Shown here: piece by piece, positions 55,591 to 64,000 of the stretch
How the letters are laid out: every line of letters begins with the position of its first letter
Numbering within the stretch: the stretch's first letter is position 1
NCBI GenBank assembly: GCA_951406725.2
Contig: OX597817.1
Span: forward strand, 4,836,001-4,900,000
Source: Octopus vulgaris
Taxonomy: Eukaryota
Reading direction: 5' to 3'
Length of the DNA: 64,000 nucleotides
Translations under genes and position numbers: made by a program
Notes under the pieces: generated by a model
What the model was told of the DNA's origin: nothing
Databases searched by the model: none
Seen by the model: the letters and a program-made list of their open reading frames with translations, nothing else

Positions 55591-56030
55591 ATATACATTC
55601 AACAATATAAGGAATGGCCCTGATAGGCCATTCGACTCACTAGAAAGACCAGCCAAACTCAAACCGCTAAATAGTAGAGATTCTGAAATTGAAAGACAAA
55701 TAAAAACATTTACCCTTTTCATCTCTGGACTATGCATAGTTTCGACAAATTTGTAAACAAATTAATTAAATTAAATTAAATTTATTTACAACTGGCGTGT
55801 CTCGTCAGCAGAGAAGCCGAGGACTAGAATATGTCCACGAGGCAACAGCAAGGAAGCCTCAAGCCTATATGCTCGAAATTTTCAAAATCCACCGCCACTA
55901 CGCGGTCTTCAATTGTTTTTATTTCTCTTTCAATTTCAGAATTACAACTATTTAGCGGTTTGAGTTTGGCTGCTCTTTCTAGTGAGTCGAATGGCCTATC
56001 AGGGCCATTCCTTATATTGTTGAATATATA
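55591..56030. mobile_element. Inverted-repeat element (~120-bp arms) enclosing a hammerhead ribozyme
   Basis: 55591-55710 and 55912-56030 are near-identical reverse complements; (TA)n-rich sequence on both sides. Confidence 0.85.
55722..55814 (-). ncRNA. Intact type I hammerhead ribozyme
   Basis: RNA: UCUCUG-CUGACGA-GAC-[AU-rich hairpin]-GUC-GAA-ACUAUGCAUAGU-C^CAGAGA. All core nucleotides present; 6-bp stem I; palindromic stem III; GUC triplet. Confidence 0.88.
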
Positions 56031-56198
56031 TATATATATATTATACAAATATATATATATATACAAATATTTATACGGATGTTTATACATGTCAATATAT
56101 ACACACAACTCCAACTGGTCTGTATAGGCACAAATGCGCACCCACATATGCGTGTATCTGCATGTATTTGTATATATATACATATATATACATATATA

Positions 56199-56847
56199 TG
56201 TTCCTGGATCTTAAGAATTTTTCGGTCCAGAGAACAAGGTGTCATCATACCACTTTTCTCCTCCTTTGTACGGCCACACCTCGAATACTGCTGCCCACTG
56301 TGGTCTCCCCATACAAGACAAAACATCTCGGGGATTGAATCACCCCAGAATTGAAGGCATGGCTGCTCTCGATTATTGGGATCGCCTTAAAACCTTGAAA
56401 CTCTACTCTCCTCATTTACAAGATGTGGAGAATGTACCACCAACTTTGCCCAAACGACCTGAACATTAGCTTCAAGGTTCATCCAAGACTGGGACCACGG
56501 GCCATACGTCCCTTGCCCAGTTCAAGATCACAGCACACATGTACACTGCAACATAATTTCTTTTCCTCAACAGGCCCTGCCCTATTTAACATTGTCCCGA
56601 AAGAGATCAAAGAGGAAAAGGATCCCATCAACTTTAAACGGAGTCTGGATGGATTCCTTCAAGGAATACCAGATAAGCCACCCATAATTGGATACAACTC
56701 ACCCAACAAAAACTCACTACTTGAATGGACCATAAACAAAACTTGACTTAAACAGGATTCAAATAATCCTATCAGGTGGTACTATTAGGTTAGACATGGC
56801 CTGGACCAATCTTTGATCGAAACATATCTAAGTTTATCTAAGTTTAT
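56199..56847 (+). mobile_element. CR1-group LINE 3' fragment
   Basis: WILRIFRSRE...LFSSFVRPHLEYCCPLWSPH...IESPQ; LDYWDRLKTLKLYS; tandem tail ATCTAAGTTT x2. Confidence 0.85.
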
Positions 56848-56868
56848 ATATGTGTGTCTTTATGTATA

Positions 56869-56941
<73 letters not shown>

Positions 56942-56950
<9 letters not shown>

Positions 56951-57325
56951 AAAAGTGATGTTGTGTGCTGTCTGTCTCCTACGATTTAGATTCCTAACTA
57001 CTCCCACATTTTGCGGTGCAGTTTAACCAAAAGCGGGTATCTTATAGTCGTGATTCATATGGAGCCCTTCTGGGTATTAGCGCGCGTTTATGATGAGTCT
57101 ACGATTTAAAAAAAATTACCATCAATTTTTCCCATTTTTAATGCATTTTTAGCATATATAAGGGAAGTAACTCTCTAAAAATTTATTATTAAATCTCAGA
57201 ACGTAAAAGTAACACCCCCCTTTGTGGTTAGCCATATTGAAATGGCTATTATACTTTACAACTCTAAAAATGCTTATATAGTTATTTCCCTTACAAACCT
57301 GAGCAACGCCGGGCGATACTGCGAG
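56942..57325 (+). mobile_element. Non-autonomous Helitron copy
   Basis: Reverse complement of 24911-25307; 3' end CCTGAGCAACGCCGGGCGATACTGCGAG (CTAG->CGAG). Confidence 0.8.
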
Positions 57326-57682
57326 TATATATATAGATATGTTTATATATATATATGCATTTATGTATATGTATATATATAGATACGTGTTGGGCCAAGC
57401 CTGACCTTTGTTGGTTCGACTACCATCCGGGTAACATCTATATTCCTCGTCCCTACCGTAAGGCTTTACTTCCACACACGCCAGCTTAATATAATTCGTC
57501 CTTAGTCGAAAGACACCTGTTGTTATGTCCGGTTTATTGCAGGTGTATTTGTGTAATATTTCACCATTTTTTTCCGTCCTTGTTTTCTTTGTCTCGTCTG
57601 CCTGGATGTTTTGTTGTCCCTTTTTTGTATCCCCAATCGTCTGGATGTTTTGCGTTCTTGTCCCATTTTTGTATTATATATA

Positions 57683-57757
57683 TATAATCAAAGTAAGCAA
57701 CAAGGATATCCAAGGTACCATATACATTGGATATCCTTGTGGCTTATTTTGATTATA
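57683..57757. repeat. ~75-bp hairpin
   Basis: TATAATCAAAGTAAGCAACAAGGATATCCAA / TTGGATATCCTTGTGGCTTATTTTGATTATA. Confidence 0.85.
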
Positions 57758-58052
57758 ATCATCCCATTTGATTTATATGGATAATACCATACCAAATTCT
57801 GGTGCATTTAACTTAAGTACCATATACATCTGAATCTAAATTTGCTGAACTATATATATATATATATATATTGGCAAAACACCGATTGTATAAGTACACG
57901 GCTTACAGAGAATAGATCTTGGGCCCGATTTCTTCGATTAAATTAAGTGCTCCAGTTTGACCGCAGTCACATGACAGAAACAAGTAAAACAATAAAAATA
58001 CTGCCATATTAATCCCGAGGAACGCCGGATATCTCTGCTAGAATATATATGA

Positions 58053-58100
<48 letters not shown>

Positions 58101-58589
58101 TGCCAAGCCAATTTATTTGCATCCCAATATAATAGAAATGTAGTACTTCCCGTACATAGAGTTTCGGTGATGCAGGATGCAGGTAACTAATGACTGGAAA
58201 CAGCTCCAGTTATGTATGGTCTTAGACTTTTTGTCTGGGACGCAAAAATTACCCAGGATATATCTATAACGTACTCTCCCACAAAGCAACAAAATATTGG
58301 GTCATATACACTTGAACGTTCATTGATTTTTCAAAATTATTATCCTTTTATCAAAATTCTAGAGAGAGAAACCAACTACAAAACGTCCTTCCACAAATGG
58401 TCTTCTTATAATAAATCGAAATTTTTCCGTTTACACTGTTCAGGTCGCAGATTTATTCACGTTAATTAAAGGTAGTATTTAACTGAAATGATATAAAGTC
58501 AAACAAGCAACAGTGTTTGCCCACATCACCATTTTCCAGAAGTTAACCAGATGTGGGAGCAACTCTTATCATGATCATTGTATACTTAC

Positions 58590-58758
58590 CCTGACTAATG
58601 AAATGGAAACAGTGATAGCAAGCTTGAAGATCTGAACTTCTAATATCCGAAGGAACGCTGTTGTCAATGCCGGAACAGGACGCCTGACCGAATAAGAGTG
58701 TCCCTAGAAACTCAGCTAAATGCAACATTAGACTGGTCATATTAAGTAATATATTTGA
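58590..58758 (-). CDS. Candidate exon, unknown product
   Basis: Acceptor TTTTAATTTCCAG, consensus donor AGG|GTAAGT, open frame SNILLNMTSLMLHLAEFLGTLLFGQASCSG...CYHCFHFISQ. Confidence 0.3.
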
Positions 58759-59059
58759 CTGGAAATTAAAATCCCTTACCAAATGAACAACCCCACGCAA
58801 TATGACAATTTAGAAGGTTCTAAACGATAGGGTACATGTACTCAGTTAAATCCCACAACTAACATCTTCTTAAATAAGAACTTTTGTAATCTGTAATGTC
58901 CCTACTAAGCATAGTAATAGACCCTTTAGTCAAGAAAGTACAAATCGACTAATTTTTCCCACCTCTAAAAGCCTATGGAACTGTTATTGTTCCTCATCGA
59001 AGTATTTTAAGTTTCAAGAGTTAAAGATGCTAAGTGTAACCGAATAGGGGTTGTGGAAC

Positions 59060-59380
59060 TTAGGTGACACTCCGTCGGTTACGACGACGAGCGTTTCAGT
59101 TGATCCGATCAACGGAATAGCTTGCTTGTGCAATTAACTAGGCAAGTGGATAGGCACTCCACAAACATGCGTACCTTTAATTTTGTTCTCAGGAGGGTTC
59201 AGCGCGGCACAGCGTGACACAGAATTAAAACCCTTTGAATTAGAGGTACAATTCATTTTTGCCATCTGAGTGAAATGGAGCAACATGAAATAAAGTGTCT
59301 TGCTCAAGGACGCCCCCAGGAGTCGCACTCACGGTCATACGATCGTAAGCAGAATACCGTAACCACTAAGCCAGCGCGAC
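59060..59380 (-). mobile_element. tRNA-derived SINE
   Basis: Head-side similarity to 53328-53696 (CTGAGTGAA.TGGAGCAAC.TGAAATAAAGTGTCTT) and tail shared with 60320-60700 (CGTCGTAACCGACGGAGTGTCAC). Confidence 0.75.
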
Positions 59381-60266
59381 AAAACACTATACGCTACTTC
59401 AAATAGCTAGAAATATGAGCGGAGGTGTCTCACATATCATTCTACTGTCTTAACAAATTGCACCTTGGATTATATCTCCCTTCCTTAACATATTGAACTA
59501 AAGAGCTGCCACGTTTGAAAGCATAGTAAGATAATTTTTTTATTGTAATAAAGTTTGGCTTGGATATAGAGATATGCGCCATGAAGTATTTCAACAAACA
59601 CAACAAATTTCGTTCTTAGTGTTGTATATTACGTGCGTTCTGAATAAGTTCAGGCACCATTTTAGATAAAATCTAAGCGGTTTGAATGGCTTAAGTTCAG
59701 TTTTCTATTAGTCAAAAGGCAACATTTCTTTTGAGAGAGAGTTTAAATATCAAAGATACATAATAATACATGATGCAACAAGTAAGACAAATAGCACTCA
59801 ATACATGAGATTATATTATTATTTAATCGGTAGAGATAGATTGTTACAAAACAGACATAACGGCTGAAAGTTGGGTGCATAACACTTAACAAAATAGCTC
59901 CATAAAAGCCAGACACAAACCTCTTTGAATTTGAGTTACTTTTGAAAGCTTTTGGCCAGTGATGTGTGCGCGCGCAAGTGATATATGCGCTAGCGTAATA
60001 GTTATCGCTCTGCAGAAAATGTTTCGTTGCATGTTATTTGTCTTGTTGCCCTGCGTTCAAATTCCATTGAGGTCAACTCAATGTTTCATCCTTTCGAAGT
60101 GGATAAAATAAGTACCTTTTGAGCACTAGGATCTCTGCAATCGACTACACCCATTCAAAATTGCTGACCCTGTGCCAAAGTTAGAAACAAATGTATGCAT
60201 TTGTATGTGGGTGTGCGCGTGTGTATGCGTGTGTGTGTGCGAGTGTGTATTTGGATGCATAGATAG

Positions 60267-60309
<43 letters not shown>

Positions 60310-60319
60310 AGCGACCGAT

Positions 60320-60700
60320 GTGGAGGCGCAATAGCCCAGTCGTTAGGGCAGTGGGCTCGCGGTCGTAGGATCACAGTTTCGATTCACAGGCCGGGCGTTG
60401 TGAGTGTTTACAGAGCGAAAACACCGAAAGCACCACTAGGCCCCAGCAGGGGGATGGTAGTTAACACTGGGGCACTCTTTCACCACAAATTTCTCTCACT
60501 CTTTCTTCCTGTTTCTGTTGTACCCGTAATTCAAATGGCCAGCCTTGTCACACTTTGTGTCATGCTGACTCTCCTAGAGAACTACGTTGAGGGACAATTG
60601 TCTGTGGAGTACTCAGCCACTTGCACGGTAATTTTACGAGCAAGCAGTTGATCGGATCGGCTAGAAGCTTCATCGTCGTAACCGACGGAGTGTCACACTA
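60320..60700 (+). mobile_element. tRNA-derived SINE (family C head)
   Basis: GTGGAGGCGCAATAGCCCAGTCGTTAGGGCAGTGGGCTCGCGGTCGTAGGATCACAGTTTCGATTC; head homologous to 8200 and 50312. Confidence 0.85.
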
Positions 60701-61246
60701 TAGCAACCATCAAGCTAGTTATAATCTTTATATTGACTACACTAATGCAGATATCACCAAGTTATCTTTCACACTTCGCAGCTGTAAACTCGAAATAGAA
60801 TGGTAAAAGGTTAAAAGAAATTCCTTTACTAGAAAGATTAAGAATTATATAAAACAGGATAAAGAGTCCATTTCTAACTGAAACTTTATCATTTCGCAAC
60901 GCAAATTCCAGCAAATGAGCAACTATAATATTTATACTTATACCGGTTTTTAAATTCACCAGAAAAGTCAACGAAGATTTATATCTCTTGCTGAAAGACA
61001 ACAGAAAAGCTGTATATATTAACAACCTTGTACTATACTAAATAAGAAGTGAAAATACTTTCCTCGGTAATTTCTTTCGCTCCCTTTCTCTTTCAATCCC
61101 AGACAATATCCCCTTGTGTATATTTGCATGTTTGTGTGTTTCTACGTGCGTACGCGTGTATGTATGTATGTCTGTATGTATGTATGTATGTATGTATGTA
61201 TGTATGTATGTATGTATGTATGTATGTGTGTATGTGTGTGTATGTA

Positions 61247-61284
<38 letters not shown>

Positions 61285-61288
61285 ACAG

Positions 61289-61403
<115 letters not shown>

Positions 61404-61444
61404 GTGTATGTATGCATATATATATATATATATGCATATTTATA

Positions 61445-61522
<78 letters not shown>

Positions 61523-61898
61523 CATGTAATTATACATATTTACATATATGTGTATGTATAGTATATATGCTATATATATATACAGACGCATACACGCAAT
61601 AATAAGAGAAATTGTGTGTAGCCATAGTCAGGCTATATATGTAACAAGTTCGCTTCACATCCCACGACATAGCATATTGAGTAAATATTGTATGCTATAG
61701 CCTTATGCCGATGGAAATAGTTTGAAATGATAGCGAGTGCCTTGTAATTAAAAAAGTTAATAATGTTTCGTGCTGATTCTGCCTGAGAATGAAATTAAGG
61801 ATGCAAATTTATGCGGAATGCTGACTCATTAATTCAGTCATTAATTCGGGTGCTCAGTAGAAAATAATCCCCATCGTGATGCCACGAAGATCCATACA

Positions 61899-61956
<58 letters not shown>

Positions 61957-62504
61957 ATACATATATATATGTGTGTGTGTTTGTGAATAAATTCTTTTAT
62001 TCTTTTACTAGTTTCAGTTATTTGACTGCGGTCATGCTAGAGCACCACTTTTAGTTGAACAAATCGACCCCTTACTTATTTTTTGCTAGTAAAGTAGGAT
62101 CTAGTTTTTTTTTTTCATTTGCAAAATATGCAGTTTTTAAAAGACAGTAAAAATCTGAAAATCGGCTATAATAATGTAGCCTTCCAGTCTCATTGCTTTG
62201 AAAGTATAACTTTGTGGAAAAAAATTGGAGAAAACAGTTACAGAGGTTTAAAAATCGAAAAACTCTAATTCTTTTTTGCAAATAGCGAGACAGAAATTTT
62301 CTGCGTTTATAGGAGCGCCGTCAACTTTAAAAGTTGTACCCTCTGAAATTGAAAGTTTTGCGTCTGACCTGTTCACTGTAGGTTTCTAAATAAGCAGAAA
62401 TACGTAAGAAAATCAACACGTATCATCTTAGTGTTTCTTTTGTCTCTTCAGTAATTCTACGGTTTTATTATTATTTTAAATTTATTATATTTATATATTT
62501 GTCC

Positions 62505-63577
62505 GTATGTGTTCCCTTGCTCCCGCCCACGATGTCGCACATGCGCTTACCTCTCCAACACTACCCCCCTCACAAGCATCCATCATCGACCTTATCATAT
62601 CACTGACTCCTTCACTTCCACTTCATCTACTGCATTTCTTGCTCTCTGTCCTTCTCTAGACAATCGTCAAACGGGAAGACGCTTGGCTGACCGGTTCGCG
62701 GGAAAACTCCGAGACATCAGACTCGGCAACGACATCCCTTTGTCGCGCCATTTTACAACATCTATCTGTGTTCGGATTGTCCTTGCACAGGGTCCATCCG
62801 GACTCCCGTCTCCGGCGTGAGCAGGGATTAATCTTCTCTCTTCGCACCTTTGCTCCACATAGGCTCAAATCCTCTCCCCTCTTCATTTAACCCTCCTCCT
62901 CTCTTTCTCTTCCTCTCACACCTACTTCCTACTACCCACCTCTCATATGGCTCTGGCACCTACTTCCTCTCTTCATTCCTACCCACTTCTCTCTTCCACC
63001 CTCTCCCTTCATCGTCACCCCTCCCTCATTACCCACTCCTAAACATTCCAACCCCAACATCCATATATATATCTCATCTCACCCGCACTCCATCCCTTAG
63101 ACCTCACCCTTGCTTCCCCAACTCTCCACTCCCCCACACCCAACACCACACCACCACACCACATCACACTAACCCGCACACACTAGCATTAACCAAGTCA
63201 CAGCACCTACACCATCATCCACACACCTATACATGCAGACACGCAAACGTCAAGGTCACCAGCCCTCTCCTCACACAGATACACGCTCTTACATACACAT
63301 GTACACGCGCCTTCATTTTGGGATCACCACTACTTTATTATCTCCCATTTATCATAGCTCTCCTGTGTGACTCCTCTGTACGGCATTCGACTTGATAGAT
63401 CGCTAGCCATTAAACCCTTTTCTATTTTCTCCCTGTTTATTTCTGTGTTCCTTTCTATCGAAGAGCGTAACCTCGAAACGTAAAAGTCTTTCTCACTTCC
63501 CGAGCGTTAAACTAATACATCTGTTCGTTGCTTACACATCCCTCTTCGTCTTTTGATTTTTTTGTAAATTCTCACTA
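62505..63577 (+). mobile_element. 5'-truncated Penelope-like element: GIY-YIG remnant, C-rich UTR, terminal repeat with HHR-like motif (63451-63486)
   Basis: FPCSRPRCRTCAYL...ITDSFT.TS....QTGRRLADRF..LRDI....P.SRHF; then CTTT-CTATCGAA-GAG CGTAAC CTC-GAAACGTA-AAAG; ends in (TA)n. Confidence 0.85.
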
Positions 63578-63623
63578 AAGACACACAGACATATATATAT
63601 AATATATATACATGTATATATAC

Positions 63624-63678
<55 letters not shown>

Positions 63679-64000
63679 TTTATACATACATATATATACA
63701 TATATATATGTATATATATGTATATATAAATATACATACATATATGTATATATATATACACACACACATATATTTATACATACATATATATATGTATATA
63801 TATGTATATATAAATATACATACATATATATACATGCGGTATCCTTTCATAAGAAAAACGGAACATCCCTACCGTAAGAAATGCGCAAACCATATTTTCA
63901 ACACCCCTGATATTTGCATAGTAGCAATAAGAAAGTTATAAACAATAGATGTAAAATGTCAAAACTCATCTACGAAATAGTATTTCATCTACAACGCTGT

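Noticed and set aside
58660-58725. LAEFLGTLLF resembles the aquaporin TM1 AEFxxT motif
   Set aside because: The following sequence is not hydrophobic and I found no NPA-containing exon; too little to call an aquaporin.

Overview
AT-rich, microsatellite-saturated animal genomic DNA. The SINE, LINE and microsatellite landscape looks like a cephalopod, probably Octopus (inference from recalled repeat families, not from a search). No intact host gene is recognisable. Almost all ORF-track entries are translations of (TA)n, (CA)n or trinucleotide repeats. The window holds many decayed transposable elements: tRNA-derived SINEs; R4/Dong, RTE, CR1-like and Hero-like LINE fragments; a full-length mariner with a nested Helitron; a Chapaev3-like transposase relic; several MITEs; an internally deleted Gypsy (Mag-like) LTR element; and Penelope-like (PLE) RT and GIY-YIG fragments. 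The most notable signal is a high density of type I hammerhead ribozyme (HHR) motifs. One is fully consensus (55722-55814, minus strand) and sits between ~120-bp inverted arms. A second canonical-core motif lies at 40516-40638. A dispersed family of minimal HHRs shows covarying stems and an extra A after the core. These motifs lie in small non-coding, (TA)n-associated elements with direct or inverted repeats, consistent with PLE-derived, retrozyme-like elements. A few weak minus-strand exon candidates are also noted.
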